Positions 26,944-41,131 of a DNA stretch of 64,000 nucleotides are shown here, in pieces (position 1 is the first letter of the stretch; each line of letters starts with the position of its first letter). This stretch comes from Eledone cirrhosa (taxonomy: Eukaryota). Under the pieces are notes generated by a model that saw nothing but the letters and a program-made list of their open reading frames with translations, searched no databases and had not been told where the DNA came from. The position numbers and the translations under genes are program-made. The stretch lies in assembly GCA_964016885.1 (NCBI GenBank), contig OZ024752.1, forward strand, positions 7,936,001-8,000,000. The letters are read 5' to 3'.

Positions 26944-29646
26944 TTAACCCTTTAACATTTAAACCAACCATATCCCGCCACAATCCTCTCACCTCTTTCT
27001 GTTAAAACTGACTAACTAACTGTTCTCAAAATAAATAACATAAAAATCTCATAGATTCGATAATTGTGAGGTAAAGCCTTTACTGTGACAATACAATAGT
27101 ATATATAGAGTAATGTAAATGTTATGTGAGGTATTATGTGAGGTAAAGCCTTTACTGTGAAAATACAATAGTATATATAGAGTAATGTAAATGTTATGTG
27201 AGGTATTATGTGAGGTAAAGCCTTTACTGTGAAAATACAATAGTATATATAGAGTAATGTAAATGTTATGTGAGGTATTATGTGAGGTAAAGCCTTTACT
27301 GTGAAAATACAATAGTATATATAGAGTAATGTAAATGTTATGTGAGGTATTATGTGAGGTAAAGCCTTTACTGTGAAAATACAATAGTATATATAGAGTA
27401 ATGTAAATGTTATGTGAGGTATTATGTGAGGTAAAGACTTTACTGTGACAATACAATAGTATATATAGAGTAATGTAAATGTTATGTGAGGTAAAGCCTT
27501 TACTGTGAAAATACAATAGTATATATAGAGTAATGTAAATGTTATGTGAGATATTATGTGAGGTAAAGCCTTTACTGTGAAAATACAATAGTATATATAG
27601 AGTAATGTAAATGTTATGTGAGATATTATGTGAGGTAAAGCCTTTACTGTGAAAATACAATAGTAAATATAGAGTAATGTAAATGTTATGTGAGATATTA
27701 TGTGAGGTAAAGCCTTTACTGTGAAAATACAATAGTATATATAGAGTAATGTAAATGTTATGTGAGATATTATGTGAGGTAAAGCCTTTACTGTGAAAAT
27801 ACAATAGTATATATAGAGTAATGTAAATGTTATGTGAGATATTATGTGAGGTAAAGCCTTTACTGTGAAAATACAATAGTATATATAGAGTAATGTAAAT
27901 GTTATGTGAGATATTATGTGAGGTAAAGCCTTTACTGTGACAATACAATAGTATATATAGAGTAATGTAAATGTTATGTGAGGTAAAGCCTTTACTGTGA
28001 AAATACAATAGTATATATAGAGTAATGTAAATGTTATGTGAGGTAAAGTCTTTACTGTGACAATACAATAGTATATAGAGAGTAATGTAAATGTTATGTG
28101 AGGTAAAGTCTTTACTGTGACAATACAATAGTATATAGAGAGTAATGTAAATGTTATGTGAGGTAAAGTCTTTACTGTGACAATACAATAGTATATAGAG
28201 AGTAATGTAACTGTTATGTGAGATATTATGAGAGATAAAGCCCTTACTGTGACAATACAATAGTATATAGAGAGTAATGTAAATGTTATGTGAGATATTA
28301 TGTGAGGTAAAGCCTTTACTGTGACAATACTATAGTATATATAGAGTAATGTAAATGTTATGAGGTAAAGCCTTTACTGTGAAAATACAATAGTATATAG
28401 AGAGTAATGTAAATGTTATGTGAGATATTATGTGAGGTAAAGCCTTTACTGTGAAAATACAATAGTAAATATAGAGTAATGTAAATGTTATGTGAGATAT
28501 TATGTGAGGTAAAGCCCTTATTGTGAAAATACAATAGTATATATAGAGTAATGTAAATGTTATGTGAGATATTATGTGAGGTAAAGCCTTTACTGTGACA
28601 ATACAATAGTATATATAGAGTAATGTAAATGTTATGTGAGATATTATGTGAGGTAAAGCCTTTACTGTGACAATACAATAGTATATAGAGAGTAATGTAA
28701 ATGGTATGTGAGATATTATGTGAGGTAAAGCCTTTACTGTGACAATACAATAGTATATAGAGAGTAATGTAAATGGTATGTGAGATATTATGTGAGGTAA
28801 AGCCTTTACTGTGACAATATAATAGTATATATAGAGTAATGTAAATGTTATGTGAGATATTATGTGAGGTAAAGCCTTTACTGTGACAATACAATAGTAA
28901 ATATAGAGTAATGTAAATGTTATGTGAGATATTATGTGAGGTAAAGCCCTTACTGTGAAAATACAATAGTATATATAGAGTAATGTAAATGTTATGTGAG
29001 ATATTATGTGAAGTAAAGCCTTTACTGTGAAAATACAATAGTATATATAGAGTAATGTAAATGTTATGTGAGATATTATGTGAAGTAAAGCCTTTACTGT
29101 GAAAATACAATAGTATATATAGAGTAATGTAAATGTTATGTGAGATATTATGTGAGGTAAAGCCTTTACTGTGAAAATACAATAGTATATATAGAGTAAT
29201 ATAAATGTTATGTGAGATATTATGTGAGGTAAAGCCTTTACTGTGAAAATACAATAGTATATATAGAGTAATATAAATGTTATGTGAGATATTATGTGAG
29301 GTAAAGCCCTTACTGTGACAATACAATAGTATATATAGAGTAATGTAAATGGTATGTGAGATACTATGTGAGGTAAAGCCTTTACTGTGAAAATACAATA
29401 GTATATATAGAGTAATGTAAATGTTATGTGAGATATTATGTGAGGTAAAGCCCTTACTGTGAAAATACAATAGTATATATAGAGTAATGTAAATGTTATG
29501 TGAGATATTATGTGAGGTAAAGCCCTTACTGTGAAAATACAATAGTATATATAGAGTAATGTAAATGGTATGTGAGATATTATGTGAGGTAAAGACTTTA
29601 CTGTGAAAATACAATAGTAAATATAGAGTAAATGGTAAATGGTTAA
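26944..29646. mobile_element. MITE family 1 with about 36 internal 72/60-bp units
   Basis: Left end TTAA-CCCTTTAACATTTAAACC, right end aatggtaaatgg-TTAA; same unit as 1200-1915. Confidence 0.85.
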
Positions 29647-30223
29647 GAGAGGTATTTGTAACATAATTTAAGAAAAGTTTCTTATATGTCAAATTAACCA
29701 ACTACACTGGTTTTAAGACCATTTCCCTGTTAAAGCAGGTGTTAGCCTTGCAGATCCCATAACAGGGTCCTCTTTTAAGCAATGTTTTATAACTAGGCTG
29801 TTTCTGGTGTGAAACTCTTTAGTTGCCTCTTCCAACATGTAAGAATATGGTGCACCTCTTCTACATCAGATCACGCAGCTGGTCTTATATCAAGTTATGT
29901 TGGAAGATTTTAATTAAAATAGGAACCCTTTACAGTAGGTGGTTTTGTTTGATAGAACCAGAGCAGGAGTTGGTATCAAGAAGGTTATGTACTAGGTAGA
30001 TGTAGCTATTATCCACCAAAGTACATCTAACTTTTGTTATTTGATATCCCTCTGGATCAATTAGAAACAAGTCTTGAAAAAAATAAGAAACTGTTATGGC
30101 AGCATTTAATATTTAACTAACTCTAAAGGAAGAAAAAGACCGAGGATTCTTGATACCAATATCGAAATGAGATATTGATATCCTGACTGCTCTGCCAAGT
30201 TTTGCTTTAGGAATAATTTCATA

Positions 30224-30679
30224 TTAACTCTTTTATTACCATATTTCTAATGAAAGACACTGACTATGATTTTCAAATCATTTTGAAAATAATCAAGAAT
30301 TTGGTGGGATTTAGTAATATAACTAACTTTTTTTGTTATTAGGCTGGTGTTTGGAACATAACTTAACAAAGGTTCTTACATAAAATTATTATGGGAGACT
30401 TTTAGATAAATTATAAACATTTAACCCATTTATTACCATATTTCTAATAAAAGACTGCCTCTGATTTTCAAATCATTTTGAAAATAATAAAAAATTTGGA
30501 AGGATTAAATAATATAACTTTCTCATTAGTAAGCTGGTGTTTGGAACATAACTTAACAAAGGTTTTTACACAAGAGTATGATGAAAGGTTTTTAGGTAAA
30601 TATAAACACTTTAAAATAAACAGTTTTGTATTATAGAACCAGGAGTGGGAGCAGACATATTGTTACTAAAAGGTTTAAG
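30224..30679. mobile_element. MITE family 2, two tandem copies
   Basis: Two starts ttaac(t/c)c(t/a)tttattaccatatttcta at about 30224 and 30421; end ttactaaaaggtttaa; related pieces near 2075-2300, 26805 and 33600. Confidence 0.55.
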
Positions 30680-31351
30680 CTGTGCCAACCTCTGCTGTTA
30701 ATACCCCTATGGAACCTCTTGAATTACATTATTGGGTTCGTGAATTAGATCTTACCTGTAGAACATACCATGTCTTTGACTCACCAACACATTTGTTAAG
30801 AATGGTTAGTGACTGAAATCTGAGCTCTTACTAAATGTATTATTGAATTGGCAGAGCTAGTAGAGCGTTGGAGTAAATGCTTCCGTATTTCTTCCTCCAG
30901 ATCTTCTGAGTTCAAATCCCACCAAGTTCAACTTTGCCTTTCATTTTGGGCTCAATATATAAAACCCCAGTTCAGGAGTGGTGGATTGGCAAAGTTGTTA
31001 GAATACTTTACTGTATCTGATCCAGTTATGGGTGTTTGGAGTTCAAATCCCACCTATGTTGTTATCAAAATAAGAGGCAGTGGGTTGACAGTATCAGTGG
31101 AGCAGTTATCACTAATTAGACTAACAAAGATATCACTAATTATGTAGACTAACGAAGATAGTACTAATTATATAGACTAACGAAGATATAACTAATTATA
31201 TAAACATTTTATCATTACGGTATACTCATATATAAGCATAGAAATATGTGACAATTGTGTGTGTGTGGGGTAGGGGGGGGTTATATTCAAGGTCAATATT
31301 TTGTCTATTTTCCCCAATTTCAAATTCTACATACATGAAGTGCTAAAATAT

Positions 31352-32000
31352 TTTCACTTTGGAGGTGAATATTTCACCTGTTTCACTTTGGAGGGGAATA
31401 TTACACCTGTTTCACTTTGGAGGTGAATATTACACCAGTTTCACTTTGGAGGTGAATATTACACCAGTTTCACTTTGGAGGTGAATATTACACCTGTTTC
31501 ACTTTGGAGGTGAATATTACACCAGTTTCACTTTGGAGGTGAATATTACACCAGTTTCACTTTGGAGGTGAATATTACACCAGTTTCACTTTGGAGGTGA
31601 ATATTACACCTGTTTCACTTTGGAGGTGAATATTACACCTGTTTCACTTTGGAGGTGAATATTACACCAGTTTCACTTTGGAGGTGAATATTTCACCTGT
31701 TTCACTTTGGAGGTGAATATTACACCAGTTTCACTTTGGAGGTGAATATTTCACCTGTTTCACTTTGGAGGTGAATATTACACCAGTTTCACTTTGGAGG
31801 GGAATATTACACCAGTTTCACTTTGGAGGTGAATATTTCACCTGTTTCACTTTGGAGGGGAATATTACACCAGTTTCACTTTGGAGGTGAATATTACACC
31901 AGTTTCACTTTGGAGGTGAATATTACACCAGTTTCACTTTGGAGGTGAATATTACACCAGTTTCACTTTGGAGGGGAATATTACACCAGTTTCACTTGGA
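31352..32000. repeat. 29-bp minisatellite, about 22 copies
   Basis: TTTCACTTTGGAGGTGAATATTACACCAG. Confidence 0.95.
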
Positions 32001-32241
32001 GTGAAATTCATTTTTTGTGTTGTTTTTGATGTTTTGAAATAATATGGCTTTCAAAATGCTCAGGAATTATTCATAGTTAACTGGGTGAGAAGGATCTGCT
32101 GTCACAAGATGTGTGTGATTGTAAAAATCTACCTAAAGCTTTAATACTTATACAACGTTAAATTGTTTCCAATCTTTGTTAAGACACACATTTCATTGAA
32201 TGTGTATATTAAATAAACATCTTACATGTTATCTGCTAAAA

Positions 32242-32420
32242 TAATTGTTTCTACTTTTGGCACAAGGCCAGCAATTACCCAGTGCATTACTGGTACTTTA
32301 TTTTATCGACCCCGTAAGGATGAAAGGCAAAGTTAACCTCAGCGGGATTTGAACTCAGACTGTAAAGGGACGTAACTATGCTGGAAAGCATGGCGTCCGA
32401 CTCTCTACCGAGAAGCCAAA
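32242..32420 (-). mobile_element. SINE family B
   Basis: Reverse complement of 36853-37037. Confidence 0.75.
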
Positions 32421-32707
32421 TACTGCTGGAATTTGAGTAGGTGGAAATAAAGAAAAATTTGAGATACTTGTTGAAACTATAAAATGGATGAAATGGTAAA
32501 AACGTCATTACGTAATGGAGTTGTGGGACAAAATCTATAATCTAAACACGCTATACATTTTAAATATTCAAATTTTGTATCTTCTATACTCATGAGAATT
32601 TCAAAACCATCTCATCTAAATTTAATGTGTTGATTAGCTGCCTTGGGGTCTAGAGCAAAATACTTCATTTTATGTTGCTTTTCATAATAGAATTTCTGTT
32701 CCTATCA

Positions 32708-32916
32708 TTAAACCTTTAACATTTACATTACTCTATATATACTATTGTATTTTCACAGTAAAGGCTTTATCTCACATAATATTGAATCTATGAGATTTTG
32801 ATGTTATTTATTTTGAGAACAATACTTTAACATAAGTATGAGTGGCCAGATACAGCCAGTTTGAATAGAAAGAGGTGGGAGAATTCTGGCCAGATATGGC
32901 CAGTTTAAATGCTAAA
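32708..32916. mobile_element. MITE family 1 monomer
   Basis: Collinear with 15584-15796. Confidence 0.8.
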
Positions 32917-32932
32917 TATGAGAATCACATGA

Positions 32933-33230
32933 GAGTTAAGTTAAACCTACATAGGTATGAGCTGGGAGTTCAGTCAAATCTACATAGGTATGAGCTGGGA
33001 GTTAAGTTAAACCTAATTAGGTATGAGCTGGGAGTTCAGTTAAACCTAGTTAGGTATGAGCTGGGGGTTAAGTTAAACCTACGTAGGTATGAGCTGGGGG
33101 TTAAGTTAAACCTACGTAGGTATGAGCTGGGAATTCAGTTAACCCTACATTGGTATGAGCTGGGAGTTAAGTTAACCCTACATAGGTATGAGCTGGGAGT
33201 TAAGTTAAACCGAGTTAGGTATGAACTAGG
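32933..33230. repeat. 33-bp tandem repeat, about 9 copies
   Basis: GTTAAGTTAAACCTACATAGGTATGAGCTGGGA. Confidence 0.9.
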
Positions 33231-34106
33231 AATTTCATTTCATTTTCATTTATCAATAGCTGTGAAGTCAGTTATAGGAAGTCATTGCTCAAAATACTAT
33301 AGACATTATAAATATGTCTAGAATCAGATGGACATAGTGATGGTCATCATGGAGATGAATGGCCTAAGGTTACATAAAAAGGAGAGAGGACAGCTCAATG
33401 ACCCTTTGGCATCACTTGTAAGCTAGTTACTATAGATACTTGACATGATGTTAAATAGTCTTCCACTTGTCAAGTAGATGAAGTGAATGACCTTACATGG
33501 ACATTTCTTCAATTGAGATTTTCCTCTTTATTGAAGAAAACACAAATCTAGTGTAACCATTGGTAACTGACGTCGGGAGGGGAGGTCTTTTAAAAATTCA
33601 ATTATCTAATGAAATACACTCTATTTCAATTAATGAAGAATTTTGAGGGATTTATTAAAATTATTAATTATTTTGTTACTAAGATAGTAACTTAATAGTA
33701 ATTTATATCAAATTATGTTGCAAGATTTTAATTGAAATTGGAAACCTTTAAAATGGGTGACTTTATTTCATAGAACCAGAGTTGGTTTTTAGCCGGGTTG
33801 GTAACATAATTGTCAGGGAGATTCAGCGTGAAATAGTGTGTGTGATAGCACTATGAGTTACAGGCACTGTCTATTTGATGGGCTTCCAAACTGGCCACAA
33901 GGTATGAGTCAACCCAATGCTGTAGTATGCCAAACATGTGACATAGTGGGATCAAACTGAAGACCTAATAATAACACAGCAAACTTGTGACCCATTCAAC
34001 CTTACCATGTCCACCTGTGAGTACATCTGGTAGTTCCACAAGCTGTGTTCTAAACCTTTTGTTGTCTTTGTTAGATATTCTTTATTAATAATTTTAACAT
34101 TGTGTG

Positions 34107-34410
34107 TAAAGACCCCCTTTGGTCACCAATGACCAGGAGATTTGCACCTAAAAAGTTCCCCTCCGAGGCACAATCCAGCAGTCCCATGTGTCCCAGGCTC
34201 CCCTCTCCACATCACTGATGTTGTCCAAGAGAAAGGCAATGGCTGACAAAGCTTGGCACCAGTGACGTTACAACTCATTTCTACAGCTGAGTAAACTGGA
34301 GAAATGTGAAATAAAGTGTCTTGCTGAAGAACACAACACATTGTCCAGTCCCGGAATTGAATTTACAACCTCAAGATTGCAAGCCCAATGCTCTAACAAC
34401 TAAGCCATGC
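34107..34410 (-). mobile_element. Near full-length tRNA-derived SINE A
   Basis: The - strand begins atggcttagttgttagagcattgggcttgcaatc (A box, then B box). Head shared with 12840 and 46962-47107, body shared with 18362-18535. Confidence 0.8.
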
Positions 34411-34427
34411 ACCTATATTGTCACACT

Positions 34428-34755
34428 CTATCTCTCTCTCTCTTTCCCTCTCTCCCTCCCTCTATCTCTCTCCCTCTATCTCTCTCCCTCCCTCTATCTC
34501 TCTCCCTCTATCTCTCTATCTCTCTCCTCTCTCTATCTCTCTCTTTTCTATCTCTCTCCTCTCTCTCCTCTCTCCCCTCTCCTCTCTCTCCTCTCCTCTC
34601 TCTCCTCTCCTCTCTCTCCTCTCCTCTCTCTCCTCCCTCTCTCTCTCTCTATCCCCCTCTCTATCTCTCTCCTCTTTATCTCTATCTCTCTTTCCCTCTC
34701 CCTCTCTCTCTATCTCTCTCCCTCTCTCTCTATCCCCCTCTCTATCTCTCATCTC
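34428..34755. repeat. (CT)-rich polypyrimidine microsatellite
   Basis: Direct reading. Confidence 0.9.
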
Positions 34756-35089
34756 TATGTGGCCGGCTAGTTAGATAAGCAGCTAGGTCAGATGCTCACA
34801 TGGCACCCAATACACCATTAGTTAATCAATGATTTAATAAGTACTAAGGTTTACTAATTTATTGTTTAGTTAACCAACTAACCTTTGTTTAACTAGCTAT
34901 CATCATCATCATCATTCCTTGATAACAAGGGTTGGATCAAATCCTGAAGGACATTTTCTCCTACAACCTGATGACACTATCAATTTGCTGCCTAGTTTGT
35001 ATTCTGTTGCATCTGTTGTTATAGCTATTTAGTGAGGGCGGGGGAGTGTCCATGGCCGTTTCCATAGCATCAGAGACTTGGAATGTAAA

Positions 35090-36015
35090 TCATCATCGTC
35101 ATCGTTTTACATCCATTTTTCCATGCTAGCATGGGTTAGACAGGTTGTCCTGTTGTGGGCAATGCCATGTCAAGTGACCATGTCTTGCTCATACAGAACT
35201 AATTTTGGCTTGATTTCTACAGATGCCCTTCCTAACACCAACTTCATTTACAGTGTGGACTGGGTGTTTTTGTCACGACACCTACACGACCACTTTACAG
35301 TGTGGACTGGGTGTTTTTGTCACGACACCTACACGACCACTTTACAGTGTGGACTGGGTACTCTTTGTTGTGTCACCTACACGACCACTTTACAGTGTGG
35401 ACTGGGTACTCTTTGTTGTGACACCTACACGACCACTTTACAGTGTGGACTGGGTACTCTTTGTTGTGACACCTACATGACCACTTTACAGTGTGGACTG
35501 GGTGCTCTTTGTTACGACACCTACACGACCACTTTACAGTGTGGACTGGGTACTTTTTTGTTGTGTCACCTATACGACCACTTTACAGTGTGGACTGGGT
35601 ACTCTTTGTTGTGACACCTACACGACCACTTTACAGTGTGGACTGGGTACTCTTTGTTGTGTCACCTACACGACCACTTTACAGTGTGGACTGAGTACTT
35701 TTTGTCATGACACCTTCACGACCACTTTACAGTGTGGACTGGGTACTTTTTTGTTGTGTCACCTACATGGCCACTTTACAGTGTGGACTGGCTACTCTTT
35801 GTTGTGACACCTACACGACCACTTTACAGTGTGGACTGGCTACTCTTTGTTGTGTCACCTACATGACCACTTTACAGTGTGGACTGGGTGCTCTTTGTCA
35901 CGACACCTACACGGCCACTTTACAGTGTGGACTGGGTGCTTTTTGTCATGACACCTACACGACCACTTTACAGTGGACGGGGTGGGGATATACTCTCTTC
36001 TATGCTTCAGCTTTG
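35090..36015 (-). mobile_element. SINE-like RTE 3' module containing about 15 copies of the 48-bp unit
   Basis: (CAT)n tail at 35090; array 35245-35975 (CACTTTACAGTGTGGACTGGGTACTCTTTGTTGTGACACCTACACGAC); tatgcttcagct as at 9787. Confidence 0.85.
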
Positions 36016-36852
36016 GCATAGGAAAATATAAAGAAAAAACAGAAAAGAGAGGGAATGGCAAGGACTCTAGTGTCACAAAAGGATGGAGAGGTGTGGGGAG
36101 GGGGGCTCTGGGCCTAGGGCACTGCGGTAAAGGGACTGTGCTCTACAGACAAGACCACAAAAGCATTCCTTCTAAATTGTAGTACATGAGAGTGTCTTCT
36201 AAGCCATAAACTATGCTATAATGATATTAATTTATTCAAAAGACATTACTATATAAATATATGTATTCCGATGCTATCTTCTTACAATTGAAATTAAGAT
36301 GGCTTTGTGCCAGAATATATTCTCAATAGGTGAAATGTTTTATGGTATTTCAGCTCCAACTCATTAACAGACAGCAGGTGTGGGGGGGGGGGGGGGCTGA
36401 GTCTCGTTAGGTGTGTGGTGGGAGTCTCACTGTGTGTGTGTGTGTGAGTGAGTCTCTATGTATGTATATGGCAGGCAGGTGGGGGTGGGGGGCTGAGTCT
36501 CTAGGTGTGTGGTGGGAGTCTCGCTGTGTGTGTGAGTGAGTCTATGTATGTATATAGCAGGCAGGTGTGTGTCGGGGGGGGGGGGGGGGGTATCGTTAGG
36601 TGTGTGGTGGGAGTCTGTGTATGTGAGTGAGTCTGTCTATGTGTGTCTGTCTATGAGACAAATCTCTCCTCACAAACCTACAATTAAATTTAATATCTAA
36701 TCTTCTGAATTATATTAACGAGTTCACATGGATATTTTAAAATACATCTTTTTCCCTCAGATATCCAGCTGCCAACAGATTTATTACAGATGTCAAATCA
36801 ACTCTTTTATATAATTAATTACCATTGAACAACTTTTCTCTCATATATTATG

Positions 36853-37034
36853 ATTGGCAGTATCGGTAGAGGGTTGGACGCCATGCTTTGCAGCATGGAG
36901 TTACGGGCCTTTACGATCTGAGTTCAAATCCCGTCGAGGTTAACTTTGCCTTTCATCCTTATGGGGTCGATAAAATAAAGTACCAGTAATGCACTGGGAT
37001 AATTGCTGGCCTTGTGCCAAAAAGTAGAAACAAT

Positions 37035-37037
<3 letters not shown>
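36853..37037 (+). mobile_element. SINE family B
   Basis: ttggcagtatcggtagag...gagttcaaatccc...gtcgataaaataaagtaccagt. Confidence 0.8.
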
Positions 37038-37074
<37 letters not shown>

Positions 37075-37108
37075 CACACAAGATCCTTGGTTCTAGCATA
37101 TATATATA

Positions 37109-37250
37109 TCATCATCATCATCATCATTTTACATCCGCTTTTCCCTGCTTGCAAGGGTGGGACGGGTCCTATTCAGCAGAGCATCTCTCCACTTGTCAGG
37201 GTCCTTCGTCATCTCCTCCGTGAGTTTCAGCGATCTGAGGTCTGTTCTCA
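37109..37250 (-). mobile_element. RTE LINE 3' end fragment
   Basis: RTDLRSLKLTEEMTKDPDKWRDALLNRTRPTLASREKRM plus (ATG)n tail. Confidence 0.85.
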
Positions 37251-37386
37251 ATATATATATATTTTTATTTGTTATGAGCACAACAAATAAGAATATATAT
37301 ATATGTTTGCTAGAACCAAGGATCTTGTGTACCTGATATATATATATATAACCAGGCACACAAGATCCTTGGGTCTAGCATATATA

Positions 37387-37750
37387 TCATCATCATCATC
37401 ACCGTTTTACGTCTGTTCTTCCACACTAGCATGGGTTAGATGGGTTGTCCTGTTGTGGGCAGTGTCCAGTCGGCTGACCTTGTCTTGCTCATACGGGAAC
37501 TGATTCTGGCTTGATTTCTACAGCTGGATGCCCTTCCTAACACCAACCTCATTTACAGTGAGTACTGGGTGCTTTTTTGTCATGGCACCTCCACGTCCAC
37601 ATTACAGTGTGGGCTGGGAGCTTTTTTTGCCATGGCACCTCCACGACCACTTTGCAGTGGGGGATTATTGTCTATATGCTTCAGCTTCGGCTTGTTCCTG
37701 TGGGAAGTCGGGTCTTCTGCGTGACGCCAGAGGTCATGGTCGTGTGTCAT
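37387..37750 (-). mobile_element. RTE second family 3' end (ORF tail plus SINE-like module)
   Basis: Collinear with 9541-9870, including the ORF/UTR junction. Confidence 0.85.
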
Positions 37751-37966
37751 AATTATATATGGGGTCGATAAAATAAAGTACCAGTAATACACTGGGATAA
37801 TTGCTGGCCTTGTGCCAATAGTAGAAATAAATAATTATATATATATAATTATGTAATAAACAACACAATATAATTTTTCCATTACTCATCTTCAGAAGAT
37901 CCCGTTAAGGGTGAAAGCAGTGATTCTTTGCTTAAACTTTAATCTGTTATTTCAATAAATATATAT

Positions 37967-38041
<75 letters not shown>

Positions 38042-38050
38042 AATATATAT

Positions 38051-38083
<33 letters not shown>

Positions 38084-38092
38084 AATATATAT

Positions 38093-38123
<31 letters not shown>

Positions 38124-38132
38124 AATATATAT

Positions 38133-38163
<31 letters not shown>

Positions 38164-38183
38164 AATATATATATATATAAATA

Positions 38184-38242
<59 letters not shown>

Positions 38243-38425
38243 ACCAAATCAACTTTTCAAATAGAAGTCGAAGTTGAAAGGTATGTCGAATCTATCTATT
38301 TATAAGACTGTTTATATTGTATTTTGTCTGAAGAAGGCATAACCTATTTTTAATATGATATCCCTGAAATATATATTGTGAAATATATATGGTTTTATAA
38401 ATATAGTTTCCATTTATTTAATATC

Positions 38426-38476
<51 letters not shown>

Positions 38477-38719
38477 TATATATACGCTTACACCTCTCCA
38501 CGCTTACACCTCTCCAAGACAATGTCACTGGACCGAGACCTTTGGCGGTACTCAGTAATAGAGAAGACCCGCCTTACCTAAATACAAAGTAAAAACCTAC
38601 TACAGTCAGTAGGCATCTCTATCAAAACACACCCCCGTCCCACCACCTCCACCCCACCCACACCGCCCCTTTCAATGTAAAGTTATGTTGGTCCCACAAC
38701 ATCCAGGCCGAAACAAATG

Positions 38720-39511
<792 letters not shown>

Positions 39512-39670
39512 AAGTATGCATGTATACGTACATACATATATGCACGTATCAGTTTAGCGGCGCTTATTATAACGTCGCTTTGTTCGTTTGTAAACAAACT
39601 GAACAGCCTGAATTTATGCCATACGGTGTTAAGGCAACCACGTCACCTTTTTGTTCAACACTGACACAGG

Positions 39671-39715
39671 AACGATGTACTAGTTTCAAGCTTGTTAGCT
39701 ATCATCAGCACCGTT
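39671..39715 (-). ncRNA. Minimal type I hammerhead ribozyme, copy 1
   Basis: The - strand reads AACGGUG-CUGAUGA-U-AGCU-AACA-AGCU-U-GAAA-CUAG-UA^CAUCGUU: 7-bp stem I, intact core, palindromic helix III, GUA site. Confidence 0.85.
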
Positions 39716-40142
39716 TACCCATCTGCCAGATAGTTGAACGTTCGAAAGTATATACTTTCCTTATGAAAATTAACGGCTGATCAGCCTAATTTGCATATTG
39801 AGTGAGTTAAATCGGTCAGGCATACCGAAAACGATAAATTGAAACAAAATGAAAACGAAATTTCATTTCTCACTCTTAGTATGGCACTTACTTAAATGTA
39901 AGTATGCATGTATACGTACATACATATATGTATACAGACGTACAGTAGCACGCACATATATATATATATATACATATATATATACATATGCATACAGGTA
40001 CACATACATATATGCACGTATCAGTTTAGCGGCGCTTATTATAACGTCGCTTTGTTCGTTTGTAAACAAACTGAACAGCCTGAATTTATGCCATACGGTG
40101 TTAAGGCAACCACGTCACCTTTTTGTTCAACACTGACACAGG

Positions 40143-40187
40143 AACGATGTACTAGTTTCAAGCTTGTTAGCTATCATCAGCACCGTT
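40143..40187 (-). ncRNA. Minimal type I hammerhead ribozyme, copy 2
   Basis: Identical to copy 1. Confidence 0.85.
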
Positions 40188-40614
40188 TACCCATCTGCCA
40201 GATAGTTGAACGTTCGAAAGTATATACTTTCCTTATGAAAATTAACGGCTGATCAGCCTAATTTGCATATTGAGTGAGTTAAATCGGTCAGGCATAACGA
40301 AAACGATAAATTGAAACAAAATGAAAACGAAATTTCATTTCTCACTCTTAGTATGGCACTTACTTAAATGTAAGTATGCATGTATACGTACATACATATA
40401 TGTATACAGACGTACAGTAGCACGCACATATATATATATATATACATATATATATACATATGCATACAGGTACACATACATATATGCACGTATCAGTTTA
40501 GCGGCGCTTATTATAACGTCGCTTTGTTCGTTTGTAAACAAACTGAACAGCCTGAATTTATGCCATACGGTGTTAAGGCAACCACGTCACCTTTTTGTTC
40601 AACACTGACACAGG

Positions 40615-40659
40615 AACGATGTACTAGTTTCAAGCTTGTTAGCTATCATCAGCACCGTT
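40615..40659 (-). ncRNA. Minimal type I hammerhead ribozyme, copy 3
   Basis: Identical to copy 1. Confidence 0.85.
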
Positions 40660-41086
40660 TACCCATCTGCCAGATAGTTGAACGTTCGAAAGTATATACT
40701 TTCCTTATGAAAATTAACGGCTGATCAGCCTAATTTGCATATTGAGTGAGTTAAATCGGTCAGGCATACCGAAAACGATAAATTGAAACAAAGTGAAAAC
40801 GAAATTTCATTTCTCACTCTTAGTATGGCACTTACTTAAATGTAAGTATGCATGTATACGTACATACATATATGTATACAGACGTACAGTAGCACGCACA
40901 TATATATATATATATACATATATATATACATATGCATACAGGTACACATACATATATGCACGTATCAGTTTAGCGGCGCTTATTATAACGTCGCTTTGTT
41001 CGTTTGTAAACAAACTGAACAGCCTGAATTTATGCCATACGGTGTTAAGGCAACCACGTCACCTTTTTGTTCAACACTGACACAGG

Positions 41087-41131
41087 AACGATGTACTAGT
41101 TTCAAGCTTGTTAGCTATCATCAGCACCGTT
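41087..41131 (-). ncRNA. Minimal type I hammerhead ribozyme, copy 4
   Basis: Identical to copy 1. Confidence 0.85.

Noticed and set aside
27049-29701. ORFs of 400-450 aa (also 1176-1892, 2885-5142, 10485-11302, 44626-46203)
   Set aside because: Translations of tandem repeats
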